Assembly: GCA_013239625.1 (NCBI GenBank)
Contig: MU053934.1
Coordinates: forward strand, 1,147,285-1,211,284
DNA: 64,000 nt
Direction of reading: 5' to 3'
From: Lama guanicoe
Lineage: Eukaryota
Each line of letters opens with the position of its first letter. The first letter of the stretch is position 1. Below, piece after piece: positions 49,560 through 62,286 of the stretch. The position numbers and the translations under genes were made by a program. The notes below the pieces were generated by a model. That model was not told the DNA's origin. It saw nothing but the letters and a program-made list of their open reading frames with translations, and did not search any database.

Positions 49560-51260
49560 AGAAAATTATAAGCAGAATGCATTCACTCTGAATTTAGAAG
49601 GATGGATTCAATTTTGAAAGGAGGTGATGGTTGAATGGGGTTCTGGTTGGAGGGAACAGCACATGCAAGGCTGGGAAGAGCAACAGTGCCAGGGACCAGA
49701 AGGTGGTTGGGTGTGACTGGCCTTGAGAGAGTAAATGCAGCAGGCGGTGGGAAGAGTAGAATTAGGAGACAAAGCTGGAAAATGAGATTGAAAATAAAAC
49801 ATGCTTGGTTTTCACTGCAGTGGAGAACTGTTGGATAGTTTTCATGCAAAGAAATAACAATAATCAGATTTTATGATTCAGAGTTAACTCTAGGAGCTGT
49901 ATGCCCAGCTGGAGAGACAAAACCATTTTATGGGGCTATGACTGTAGCTCATGTGATATACAGGGGCTGAATTAGGGCAATGTCCATTGATTCCTCAGCC
50001 ACCCAACAAATATTGGTTGAATCCATGCTCTGTGAAGAGAATGGTGGGCAATAAAAATTTACAATCTACTGGAGAAGAAACAGACCTTGATCAAACAGTC
50101 ACAGAAATAAACGCAAAATTGTGGTCCCCTTAAGTGCCCATTTGGGAGATACACAAGTGTGCTTGACAGCGAGATCTGACCTGGTCTTGGGACTTTTTCC
50201 CAAGGAAATGACAGTTGAGCTGAAGTCTTAAAAAAAATCAATACAATTAGCTTGGCATGAAGTAGAAGAAGGGTTTTTTCCCTATAGAAAAAATATGCAA
50301 AAGCCTTCTGATGGCAGGAACATGACATATAGGAGAGAAATGAGAGAAATCCGGGACTGGAAAGCAATGGTAGGTGAACATTTGGAGCAAAAGGGGTCAG
50401 ATCATGTAAGGTTCCTTAGCTTATGTTAAATAATTTTGCCTTTATCCAAGAACAAATGAAAAAAAGAAAGAAAAAATGTAGAATTGATAAACAAGATTAT
50501 ACTGTGTAGCACAGGGAAATATATACAAGATCTTATGGTAGCTCACAGCGAAAAACAAAGTGACAATGAATATATGTATGTTCATGTATAACTGAAAAAT
50601 TGTGCTCTACACTGGAATTTGACACAACATTGTAAACTGACTATAACTCAATAAAAAATGTAAAAAAAAATAATGAACAAATGGAAGACACCGAAAGGTT
50701 TTAAACAAAAAGATAACATGATGGGATTTGCATCATAGCTAGACATAGGGATAGACATCAAGATATATAGCCTCAATAGGGAATTGATCAGAGAAAAACA
50801 GCTTTCAATGTCAAGAACCCCACCAAGAGGCTGTTGTTATAGGCCCAGTGACAGATTACCATAGCCTGGACCAGGGTAGTGATGGGGGAAACCAAGAGAA
50901 GTAGATAGATTCAAAAATATTTAAACAGTGAAATCAATAGGATTTGGCAATAGATTGAACATGGGGAGGTGTGGGGGGGAGTGTCAAGAATGAGGTCTGA
51001 GTTATACAGCTGGGTAGAGGGTGGTTATGTTTTCTGAGACAAAGAACCAGGGAGGGTGTGTGTGCGTGTGTGTATGCGCGCGCGCAGGCACATACAGAAA
51101 TCACGAGCCCAGCCTTTCAGATGTCCAGGAGGAGCTGTCAAGTTCTGGAGTTCAGGGACAACAGCAAGGAAAGGGAGGCGTCAGGACAGCAAGGTGTCAT
51201 ACAAGCCATTTTCTGACGAATAGGGTCCAGGTCTCCCAAAGAAGGGTAATTGTCGTATCC
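49560..51260 (-). mobile_element. L2 fragments (interrupted by a young L1 and a (TG)n run)
   Basis: GAGGGAACAGCACATGCAAGG; CAACAAATATTGGTTGA; GAGGCTGTTGTTATAGGCCCAG. Confidence 0.7.
50459..50674 (+). mobile_element. Young camelid-type L1 3' end (distinct subfamily)
   Basis: GATTATACTGTGTAGCACAGGGAAATATATACAAGATCTTATGGTAGCTCACAGCG...poly(A). TSD GAACAAATG at 50450-50458 / 50675-50683. Confidence 0.9.
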
Positions 51261-51264
51261 TGAT

Positions 51265-51680
51265 TATATCAGGATGTTTTTCTTTGCAAGTAACTGAATA
51301 CCTCAATTCAAACTGACTTAAACATTTTTAAAAGTTATTCTGTCACATAGCTGGAAGAAGTGAGGTAGGGTGGACATGTGTGTTGTTGAAGCCAAGGCTC
51401 GTAATGTCAGTGGGGACCCAGATTCTTTCTGTCCCTCTGCTTTGCCATGCCTGGTGTTGTGCTCATCCTCAGAAGATGAAGCCCACCACAGGTCCAAGGG
51501 TTTCATCTAAACTTGGCAATGCCTGGAGGAAGAAAGCAGATCCATTCCTTTTGTGTTTCTCTTCTCAAGTTTCATGCTGGTGCTTGGACCAGTCACTGCC
51601 AAGAGGATGGGGTGACCATGACTGACTCTGGCTGATGGTCTGTGGTAGAATGGATAGAGGAGAGTCAGCAACTGTGTCTT
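51265..51680 (-). mobile_element. Old MaLR LTR (MLT1J/K-like)
   Basis: TCAGGATGTTTTTCTTTGCAAGTAACTGAATACCTCAATTCAAACTGACTTAAAC. Confidence 0.7.
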
Positions 51681-51692
51681 TTTAAACTATAA

Positions 51693-51704
51693 TAGATTAG
51701 ATAG

Positions 51705-51758
<54 letters not shown>

Positions 51759-51768
51759 CCGACAGACA
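51693..51768. repeat. (GATA)n tetranucleotide microsatellite
   Basis: Long near-perfect GATA array ending in GACA units. Confidence 0.97.
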
Positions 51769-51774
51769 AACATA

Positions 51775-52000
51775 ATAACAATCACTCAAAGTTAGCTATG
51801 TCAAGTATCGTAGTAAATTCTTTATTTGTATTTCCTCATTTAATCCCCACCAGAGTCCCAAAAACACAAGTTGGTTTTTTTCATTCCCATTTTACTGATG
51901 CAGAAACCAAGACTCAGAGAAGTCTAATAATTTGCTCAAGATTACACCAGTAAATGGCTAAAATTTCATCACATGTTTAATTCCAAAATTTATTAACTTA
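51775..52000 (-). mobile_element. MIR SINE
   Basis: CCCATTTTACTGATGCAGAAACCAAGACTCAGAGAAG. Confidence 0.8.
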
Positions 52001-52279
52001 CCAGACATGGAATCTGTCTTTCCCTGGCTTCTACCTGTATTTTTAATATCAAGACTTTTTAAAGAAAACATGGTATTTTATACATACACATACATACACA
52101 CAGAAAATGTGTTTATACAATGATCTTTCCCCAAAGACTCTCATTTTGTCTCATTTTGAGGTCTATCTTCTAGTTTTGTCATGTGCATTTACATGTTTTA
52201 CTTTGTCTTCACAGATTAAATTTTTAGCCTTCTTCCTCTAACCACAATGTAGTATATACATTTTTATTGTTTCTATGGT

Positions 52280-52800
52280 CCTTATAATCACTTTTTAATA
52301 ACTATATAGTATTCCAATGAGTGCCTGCACAAATGATTAAGTAAACTTAATTACTCCGCCACTGTTGGAGGTCCTTCCCAATTTTACATCATTTAGATAA
52401 TGCTGGCTGCAAGAGTTTCAGGCACATCAGGTATTTGTCCTCTTTCGTTGAATTATTTCTTCATTCTCCATGCGGATAAGGGAAAATGCTGGACCAGAAG
52501 TATGAAGCATCATATAGCTCTGGATATGTCCTGCCAAATTGCCCTGCAAAAATGTTTTACTAATTTGCAGCATCATGCGCAGTCTACAAAGAACAGTGTT
52601 AATATAACTGTCCAGCCAGCACTGGTGGTCTGGATGACTACCATTTTTTAAATTATAAAATAGAGACAAAATGGAACCTTCAGATTTTCTCCTGCTAATC
52701 AGTGAGGATGAACGTTTTCCATGTATTTAATTCTTATTTGTATTCCCTCACACGTGAGTGATCTGTTCATACCTTTCACCCATTTGATTTAGGAGTTTTA
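52280..52800 (-). mobile_element. Old L1ME-type fragment
   Basis: TGCCAAATTGCCCTGCAAAAATGTTTTACTAATTTGCA...CTGTTCATACCTTTCACCCATTT. Confidence 0.65.
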
Positions 52801-53194
52801 GATGGTGTGCACTGAGGGTGGCCTGGGAGATGGGGTCCATTTAAGAGAGGAATTGTGTGACATGAAAAGTGCTTCCCTTGAAGCTTGGGCTTTTTAAGGT
52901 CCGGGGACCTGTTTTGAGCATATGGCGGCAAAACCATAGATGTGAGGGCCTTTAATGGGGCTATTTGGGAGATGCTGTTACTGAGAATTATTCGACTCAT
53001 TCCCGGCTGTAAATTCATTTCTTTGCCCACTCTCACCATGTGCTGTAAATAATCAGAGCTGTGTAAACAAATGTCACGTGGGCACATGAACCAACTGAAA
53101 TTAGACTTAAAAAAATACTAATAGCCTGATACATTTATTTGATTCCTGTGTTACATCTTGCACCAAGATCACCCTTGCCTCCCCCTAAACCTGT

Positions 53195-53283
53195 ACAAAC
53201 ATACACACACACACAAAGAACACACACACATACCCATACACACATACACAAATACACACACATACACAATACATACACACCAC
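53195..53283. repeat. (CA)/(CATA)-rich degenerate microsatellite
   Basis: Visible low-complexity tract. Confidence 0.9.
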
Positions 53284-53952
53284 GGTTGTCTGAGGAAACA
53301 AATGGCCTCATGGGGTCATTTCAACCAAGTGCAAGGGCATGGAAAAAGATGTTAACAGATACAGAATTGCTAGGAAAAAAAATAAATAATATCTTTCCTT
53401 AAATAATTCTTCAGATCTAACAGAGTATTTACTGGGAGGTACCTAAGAAAATAAAAAGTAGAGTCGCAGAAATAAGGGTTTGTCACCAGCTTTCCTATCA
53501 CTGCCCTCTTCTTAGGTGAGGTAACCCAGTAGGAGGTGAAAATTAACAGGCATACACAACCAAAATTAAGAGGAAACCCAATCAGGGGCCTGATGGGGTG
53601 ACTCAAGTTTGTAATCATAGGCTTAAGAGGCAACCTCAGACCCACTCAATCAATCCTGAGTGATTCTTAATGATTCAGGGACCTAGAAACTTCTACCTGA
53701 ACCATAGAGACACATGTTATGCTGCCGAGGAGCATAAGCAGCAGTTTTCAATGATATGTCTGCAGCAGGAGTCCCTCCCCTGTGCCAGGCAACGAGGTTT
53801 AACCCTCCGAGACATTCTGACTGCAGCCAAGAGGGCTACGGACTTTCACCCAAAGTCCACAGTCTTTTCCTGCCCTGGGAGGATGATGCAGTGGTCACCA
53901 TGTCAGTACTGTGCTGTCTCACTAGATTTTCACCCAGCAAACATTTCAAGGA

Positions 53953-54321
53953 TGACTATAGACTGAATATGTTCCCCCAAAGTCCATATGTTGAAATCCC
54001 ATCCTTCCCTCAACCTGTGATGGTACAAGGAGGTGGGTCTTTGGGCGGTGATTAGGTCATGAGGGTAGAATGCCCATGAATGGGATCAGTGCCCTTACAG
54101 AAGGAACCCAGGGTGGAAGAGCTACCACCTCTTCCACCATGTGAGGACACAGCAAGAAGGCAGTCGTCTATGAACCAGGAAGCTAGCCTCATCAGAGGCC
54201 AAATCTACCACCCCTTAATCTTGAACTTCCAGCCTCCAGAACTGTGAAAATTAAGTGTCTGTTGTTTTCAGGCCACCCAGTTTACGGTATTCTGTTGTTG
54301 CAGCCTAAAGGGACTAAGACA
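53953..54321 (+). mobile_element. MaLR solo LTR MLT1A/A0
   Basis: CATATGTTGAAATCC...GATTAGGTCATGAGGGT...CCAGCCTCCAGAACTGTGA...GACTAAGACA. Confidence 0.92.
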
Positions 54322-55235
54322 AGGGTCTACTGTATGCTGGGCACTGTACTTGTGAATAACACACAGTCCTCACCTTCAGTGTGCTTCGGGTCAGGTGCAG
54401 GAGACAGAAGAATTTTTTAAAAATTAAAACAGAGTTTGAAACACGCCAAGATAGGGGTAGACAGAGGTGCTGAGGGCAGGCTCCCTTGACTTACCCTTGA
54501 AGGAACTGAGGCTCAGAGAATTTTTCTGACTTGTAAGGAGAGAATGATAGGGATCAAAATGTGGGGGTGGAGGGGGTCAAAAGAACTGTTCATCTGATTT
54601 AACCTCTATGTTCGTTCGTATAATCAATTAAAATACATCAAAGCCCTACAATGTGCTTAGGCTCTGACGATGCAACAGAGAACGAAACAGTCAAACCACC
54701 AATTACACATTCCTTAATCAATAAATAATCACACAGGCTACAAAGGCAGAGTCTGGGGAAAGTGAGGGCTTATAGAAGGGAGGCTGACCAGTTTTGGAAG
54801 GGCAGGGAAGGCTTCTCTGAGGTGGTGTGGTCCAGTTGAGAATGAAAGTTTGAGTAGGAGTTCCAGGCAGAGGGGAGAGCATGTGAGGTGGTGGGGGGTG
54901 CTGTGCCAGAAAGGAGCTGGTTGTGAAGACCAGAATAATTGGAGTCAAGCAGCAAGGTCAAGAGCGGAGAGAGCTAAAATCTGCTATACACGAGGAGGGT
55001 GAATCCAGGCAACGAGGTGCCCGTAAAAGGCTTAATGCAGGGGCGTGCCAGTAAAAGACTTACATTTTTAAAAGCCCATTGTGGCTTGTTGTGTTGGGGC
55101 TGGATGGAAAACAGGCAAGACTGGATGTGGAGAGACCAGTGAGGAGGCCATTGCTCTGTTCCAGGAAGGAAAAGATGGAGCTTGGAATAGGGACTTGGCA
55201 GCAGAGATGGAGCACCTCAAAGGACATGTGACAGA
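54322..55235 (-). mobile_element. L2 fragments
   Basis: CTACTGTATGCTGGGCACTGT; GGGAAGGCTTCTCTGAGGTGGTG; GGAGAGACCAGTGAGGAGGCCATTGC. Confidence 0.75.
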
Positions 55236-55964
55236 GAAACACAAGATCCTCCCAATTATAAACCTTCCCATGTAAACAACATTGGAATCCATTTGGTCAT
55301 TTAGTTATACACGAATGCATCTTTCCCGTCTAACTCTGTATTCCCACCTCCCGTGCCAGCCTCTCGCACATATAGTGTCCTAGATTAATGTTTCTTTGTG
55401 CTCACTTCTAAGTGGGATGTTCCAGCAGGGAGTATGTATAAGATCTCAAACGGGTTTGAGCTGAGAAACATGGAAAAGAAAAAATGCTTTAATCCATCCC
55501 AGGCTGTTTTCCTTCTTCTTAAGTGTAGGCCCTTAGTGTCATCCAATTCTGGGTGATTCTCTGATGAAGGCAACCTACCCAGTGTTATGTGGTCCACACC
55601 ACATCTGCCTGGAGGAAATTAAACTTCTGTGTCCTTGCAGGGTAACACTTGGCCAAGGAGACAGTGCTTCACACTCCGGTGCGGACAGTCCTGTCATACC
55701 CATTTCTGCTTAAGTCAAGACATCCTCTTTGCTCTCCCAGGGAAATACTTCCCCCCACCACTTCATCTTACATATTTCCAGGGCCCACGTTGCTCTGAGA
55801 AGGACCGAGATGAGGGCCACCTCTTTGTACTTCTGAGGCCATGCAGAAGGCATTTACAGCATGATTATTGCCTGCATAATCTCAACAGACATGTTGTAGG
55901 CCAGTTATCCCACTTAAGAGATGGGGAAACTGAGGACCAGTCAGGCAGATGAGGTGGTGACACT

Positions 55965-56416
55965 TGTCCTAGAGCAGGTTTCCTAGAAGCTGAGCCTGAG
56001 ATGGGGGAGAAACCCCCACGAGAAACCTCATGTCCCTGGAGGGATGTCAGGAAGCAGGATGAGGCAGGGAAGAAATTAGACCATGACGTTGCTTCATGAA
56101 AGCCTGGATTCAGCCTGATTGCTCTGGGAACCCAGGGTATAAACTGCAGCACATCGGTTTTCTGCCCAAATGCAAGAGAGCTGGGGCCTTAGTGTCCCAC
56201 TATAGTCTTTGGTCATGGGCTGCACCCTGGAGTGGGTGAGGAGCTTAATCTCCCAGGCATCTCTGGGCAAGCGGCAACATTCACCAAGGGAAGTTACTCA
56301 CAGAAGGATGCAGGTAGGAAACATTAGCCGCCAATACCTGCAGTAGCGAGGAAGGGATGGGGGAGGAGGGTGGGCTCACCAGAGACCTGCGTGAGGCACC
56401 AAAAGCATCTGCTACG
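55965..56416 (-). mobile_element. ERV-L solo LTR, LTR16-like
   Basis: Minus strand starts GTAGCAGATGCTTTTGGTGCC. Plus strand has TTCCTAGAAGCTGAGCCTGAGATGGGG. Confidence 0.8.
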
Positions 56417-58378
56417 GAGCCTGTGACCCTTCTCAAATGATGCACTCATGGCAGGATGGAGTTAGGGATGCTGCGCACAGGGTACAACCTTATGAACCAG
56501 CCACTTTCATACAATGTAATCTTGAGTAAATGACCTTCCCTCTCTGAATTTCCCATGACCTCTTTTGCTAAATGAGGTTATTAGTCACTATGGATTTTAG
56601 AATCCTTCCTGGTTCTATGTTTCTGGCATGGATCCTAAACTCCCATTAAGTTAAAATTTGTTGGAGAGTTTCCATAACCAAAGATGACAGCTTGGGAACA
56701 TTTTAGTCTCTGTCACCTGGGAACCCCGGAAGTGTGTGCTGAGTGGAAAATTCAGAAACAGAGTGTGGAGAGAGAAGTGGAGTGATGGCCACCGTCCATA
56801 GACTGATATCCTCCAGGCCAGCGTCTGTCACCCCTCATCTCGGCATCTCCCACGTTCAGCCAGCAACTGACATTTAATGTCCATACAAAGAAAGAGAGAG
56901 AAAGAAGAACAAAAGGCAATGTGGGGCAGGACAGCTGGGAAGCATCGGGGAAGTAGTATGGTAGTTATTCTATTTTGATTCCCCAAACATCCTTAGGTAG
57001 CCATGAGGATGCTTCTAAACATGAACAAATAAACCCGCAAAAATGGTTGGCGGGAGAAGGGTCCAGAGAAGGAGGAGGGAAAGCAAGGGAAACCAATGTC
57101 CCAAGACTCATTTGAGGTCAAAGGGGCATGGTCAGTAGTGTCACACCTGCCAAGAAGTCAAGCAGAAAAGGATGGAAAAGCCGTACTTGGATCTGTAAAT
57201 GAAGAGGTGCTGGGAACATTGGTCAGCAAGAGCGGTCCTTGGTCTGTGAACTTTCATTGACTCCAGCGGCCGTGATCTCCCACTGGGGGAGCTGGTAGGG
57301 GCTGCAGGGTGGAGGGTGGGAATAGGAGAGGCAGGAACTCTATTAATAGAAGGGACCCTGAGATTACAGATGTAGCCCCACGTGGGTAATAGAATCCTCC
57401 TTAAACTGCCCCCCGCCCCAGCATGTCCCTTCTCAAGTCAGGAATTGGAGCTAATGGTAGAAATATTCCGTATGTTCTGATTAGCTACAACCTCATTATC
57501 ATGCTTCGCCTTGCAATGTAGCCCTTCAGTTAATGAAATCTGGTGCTGGAGCAAATGAGTGCATGGAGGGGTGGGGACCCTGATGGTGGCAGCTAAGCTT
57601 CAGATTTGTCACTTGTGATGCCTCCTTCCCCCACCCCCATCCCAGAAAAAGAAAGAGCTAAGTAAGAGAAAGGGGGAGAAAAGAGACAGATCTTGAAACA
57701 GCCTCCAAATCCAAGCAACAAAAACAGCAATTGCTGTATTTCAAAGCCAGGGCAAATTAGACGAAGCGGCCGCAGAAGCCAAATGGAAATCGTAATTCTT
57801 CCAGTCCCTTGCTGCTCCGACACGTGTAATGGGTTTGGCAGGGAGTCAAGGAAAACGGGGGCCAAGCCGCGGTGATTCAAAGAACCTAACGGCTGCTCGC
57901 TGTGAGAATGCCAGATTTCTACACAGCACGGAGGAGGGACGTCTGGGCCAGGCAGGACTGGTCCAGTTCTCCATTGGAGGAGGGGCCTGGACCTCTCAGA
58001 GACCGAAAAGCCCACCAGAAGAGGCAAACCTGTTTAATGCGGACAGGAGTCACGTCTGGCCTGAATCTGGATGGCGAAGCCTGCAGCCCACACAGGAACA
58101 GAGGAGGTGAAGCAGCCTCCTTCCAGGAAGGCTGGGGAGGCTGCCCAGGAGGAGATCTGTGCCCAGGGCCAGGGAGGGGAGGAGGAGGGGACACGAGAGG
58201 GGGCTACCCATCCTCTGTTCAGGCACTCTGCTAGGCAGATCTCATTTAACCCCTGGGGACAGCTGTCAGCCCGCCTGCTTCCCAGAGGAGGAATGTGAAG
58301 ACCGAGGGGCTTGCCCAGGCTAGAATCGGTGAGTCAGGATTTGAACCCAGTTCTTCCCAAAGCTCAGGAGTCAGGGGT

Positions 58379-58610
58379 CAGGGGTCAGCTGCATGTTTTT
58401 CTATAAAGCACCAGATAGAAAATATCTTCGGTTTTGCAAGCCAGTTGGTCTCTGTTGCAGCTACTCAACTTGGTTACTGAAGTACAAAAACAGCCACAGA
58501 GACACAGACTATATATAAATGAATGGGCGTGGCCATGTTCCAATAATACTTCACTGACAAAAACAGGTGGAGGGGTCAGATAAGGCATGTGGGCCGTAAT
58601 TGCCCTACTC
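58379..58610 (+). mobile_element. hAT-Charlie MER58A-like
   Basis: CAGGGGTCAGC...GGTCTCTGTTGCAGCTACTCAACT...AATGAATGGGCGTGGCCATGTTCCAATAA. Confidence 0.88.
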
Positions 58611-58714
58611 TAAAAAGTTTTTAAAAAAAGGGTATTACAGGGACTCGTGGAAAGACAAAAGGTACTCTTGAAACTGTCACACATGCAATCAAAATAATAA
58701 ATTTACTCACATAA

Positions 58715-58960
58715 CAGCTGGGACGTTGGAGCACAGATTTCATGTAAGACAGTCCGGTGCATGAGTCCAGTTTTGCCCCCACACTGGTTGGATAATGTGA
58801 GGCAAATTACTTCATTTTTCAGTCTTTGTTTCCTCTTGTATTACGTGGAGATAACAGCCGCACATATCTCTGTAGCTGGATAAGAATTACTAGGTAACAC
58901 TTGTCATGTGCTTCGCATCGCCCGGACACATCATAAACATTCAGTTGCATTAGCTGCAAT
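58715..58960 (+). mobile_element. MIR SINE
   Basis: GGCAAATTACTTCATTTTTCAGTCTTTGTTTCCTC. Confidence 0.65.
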
Positions 58961-59735
58961 GATTTCAGCACACACATAATCAATGACCCTGCAAGGTGGC
59001 TCTCATCACCTGCATATCATGGATGGGGACTCAAAGTCTCAGGAGGATTCAGGATGGTCCCTGAAGTCATGCAGCTGGGAAGGGCCAGTGATGAAGGAAG
59101 GGATGGCTTCTCTTTGAGTCTAAAGGTTGTTCTTACTCCACCTCATTCCAGGAGGAAAGAAATACCCAAAGACAAGATTTCTGGAGGACAGAAGCGTGAG
59201 CAGAAAGATATAACCTCTGGCACCAAAGGACAGGTACCTGACCCCTCACGTGCAGAGTCCCAGAGGATCATGGTCCAGAGCCTCTGCCTGGATCAGGGGC
59301 CAGTCCTGCCATGGCAGCTTTCCGGAGGCCACACTTTTGATTTTGACAGCCTTAAAAATACTGTCTGGGTGTGAAAGGCCACCTCCTGTGACAGTTCTGC
59401 AGAGCTGTAGAAAACTGTGGATGCAGACCCAGCCAGACTGCTGGCTTGCCACTGGTCTGCACCACCCAGACCCCAGTGGAAAAGGAGCAATGACATCCTA
59501 TCCTTTCAGGGGAGGTGGGCAGGCGGGCAGCAAAGCCACCTGTGTTCATATGTTCCACAAGATCAGTTACCAAGTGCTCACGCTGGGCAAGCCAAGCAGG
59601 CTGGGCAGAGAGTCCCAGAAAAGAAAAAAAAAAAAAGCTGACAGGTTTTAATTCAGTAAAATTAAATGGAATGCAAAAAATTACATCTTTGTTTCATTCC
59701 TGACACAGGTCCCTCTTTCTGTATTTCTCTGGGGG

Positions 59736-60182
59736 TGTATATTAGTTTCCTGTGCCATTGGAACAAATTACCACAAACTGAGTGGCTCTTTAAAAAAAAA
59801 AAAGGAATTTATTCTCTATCACAGCTCTGGAGGCTAGAAGTCTGGAAGTCAGATGTCATCAGGACCAGACTTCAACTGGGCTCTGGGGGAGAATGTGTTT
59901 CTTGCCTCTTCCGATTCTGGGTGGCTGTCCGAGTGGGCTTGTGGCCCCCTCACTACCATCCCTGCCTCCATCTTCACACTGTCTTCTCCTCTGTGTGTCC
60001 CTTATAAGGACACTCATCATTGGATTTAGAGCCCACCCAGGTGATCCAGGATGGTCCCATCTCAAGGTCCTCGACTTCAGTACATCTGCAGAGACCCTTT
60101 TTCCAGGTAAAGTCACTCTTGCAGACACTGAGAATTAGGAAGTGAACATATCATTGGGGGATGGACACAATGCAATCCACTG
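59736..60182 (-). mobile_element. MaLR solo LTR MLT1C-like
   Basis: ATTAGTTTCCTG...AACAAATTACCACAAACTGAGTGGC...CTTATAAGGACACTCATCATTGGATTTAG...TACATCTGCAGAGACCCTTTTTCCA. Confidence 0.9.
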
Positions 60183-60399
60183 TGGGGTGTCTCATTGTCT
60201 GATTCAGAATCAAAGCCACGTTTCCTGACTCCAGAGAATCCCGAAATGCCAGTGTGATAGGACACTGGAGAGCATTCAGTGCAGCCCTCTCTGCTGCTCC
60301 TTCCTTCTTCCAGCGAGAAGTTAAGTACCCTGCCCCAAGGCACCTGTTCAGAGCAGCAGAATCTGCTCCCAGCAGTCCAGCTCTCTCTCCTTGTGTTTT

Positions 60400-61000
60400 T
60401 CCATTGCTCTCCCTGAGGAAATAAATGCACCTCCAAGCCTCTGCCTCCTGTGTTTCTGCCTGGTCTGATTAAGCCCGCCGCTGCCAGCTTGATGGGATTG
60501 TGTTTTTATAAGATGCACCGTGCTGTCACGCCTGGTAAATGTCACCTTCTCCCTACAACTTTCACAGGAATGGACTTCAGCTCGGTTCAGAACACGGCTT
60601 TCGACGCGCACGATCTTGGTTGATGACACTGATTCTCCTTCCTCTGTCTTCTCTGCACCAGTACTGATTTATGGGCATCCAAATGGACACAGGAAAAGGT
60701 TGTCCTGAATCTCAGGAGGGTGACTGACAGCAGAAGAGAAAGGCCTCCATCCCACTGTTCCCCTGGGAGCAACTTTCCCCGTCAGATACAGGCAGCCACA
60801 GAAAATAACCAAGAAACGGTTGGGGCTTAAAGGGAGCTCGCTGTCAAGTCCCTGGAGTTTTACAGAAAATTGATGGTGGCCTATTGTGTTACAAACACTG
60901 CGTGAGTATGTTTTTTGTGGAAGAATATATGATCGATCAATAAATATCTATTAAGAAGCGCCTATCACGCATTCCAGACCATATGAGTGGAGCTGATAGT
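60400..61000. promoter_or_regulatory. Candidate developmental enhancer / conserved non-coding element
   Basis: No recognisable repeat, CpGs retained. TGACTGACAG at 60721, CTGTCA at 60523 and 60841, Sox-type CTATTGT at 60881. Confidence 0.45.
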
Positions 61001-61968
61001 TTTTAACAGTTTACTTGGGGCAGGCATTTCTTTGTTTATCTGCGTGGCTGTGATGGGAATGTGGCCTGGCCAGGGCTAAAATCATGTCACTAATACAAGA
61101 AACTTCCACAAAAGATGGGGCTGTGGGGAAAGCGGGAGTTAGTGAGGGCTGAGGAGCAGGACCTGGTCTGCACAGAAGCTGGAGTGTCCCCCGCAACAAA
61201 GTCCATCACCCAAGGGGACCAAAGGAAGCACGTCCCAAGGGGTGGCCAAGCCGCAAGAATAGCGTGAAGCCTTGAGGCTGACTCTGGAAAATAACTACAC
61301 TTTTTCCGCAGAGTTGAGGTAAATGGATTTTTGCTGACTGAGGTCACCCAGAAATTCCCACCACTTCCTGTCAGGAGTGAGATAGATACTTAATGAAGCA
61401 ACACGCTTAATGGGGGATGTGTGTGTGTCGTGCCGTCTTCTCTTAATTAAAATTTTAATATGATTGTGGTAAGAGGGCTCGGGGTCATCCAAAGAAAGGG
61501 GACAAAATGCACTCCAAGTGCTTAATACAAATCCCAGGTATGTGGGGAAAACCTAATAAATGGCTGTCATTATTACGAAGAGGACCCTGCGTGGTCCCTG
61601 GGAGAATTCACCGTCAGGGACGGGAAGGGAGGCACGCGTTGCGGGGCGTGTCTGACTCCCCCATTTCAATTCAACCTCCCTCCTGAGAGTAAAGGCTGAG
61701 CTCTCCTGCTCTCTGGGTCTCCAGCTCTTCGCTCTCTCCCTGAATAAGCGAGAGTCTGGGGCAGCAGAGCCCTGGGCCCCCAGCAGTGCAGAGTGAGACC
61801 TCTTGCCGACCCTTAGGGAGACCTGGTTCTAAATAGCTGTGTGATGTTAGGAAAGACACAGCTCTTGCCTAATCTTAGGGTTTTCACCTGAGAAATGGGA
61901 GATTTTAATCGCTCAATCTCTGTCATCCATTGTGGCCTCCATAGAAGCCAATGATTCTGTGACTCTTT

Positions 61969-62286
61969 TTTTTTTTATTTGAAGTATAGTTGATTTACAA
62001 TATTGTGTTAGTTACAGCAAAGTGATTCATTTATACATATATATTCTTTTTCATAGTCTTTTCCAAAATAAGTTATTATGAGATATTGAATATAGTTCCC
62101 TGTGCTATAGAGTAAGACTTTGATGTATATCTGTTTTCTACATAGTAGTTTGTATCTGCTAATCCTAAATTCCTAATTTATTTCTCCCCACCCCACAAAT
62201 TCCCCTCTGGTAACCATAAGCTTGTTATCTATGTCTGTGTGTCTGTTCCAGTTTTGTAAAGAAGTTCATTTGTATCATATTTTAGA
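61969..62286 (-). mobile_element. Young camelid-type L1 3' end
   Basis: Poly(T) then TTGAAGTATAGTTGATTTACAA...ATAGTTCCCTGTGCTATA. TSD TGACTCTTT at 61960-61968 / 62287-62295. Confidence 0.95.

Noticed and set aside
57593..58234. Cluster of overlapping 90-144 aa ORFs
   Set aside because: Explained by locally high GC giving few stops. No recognisable protein
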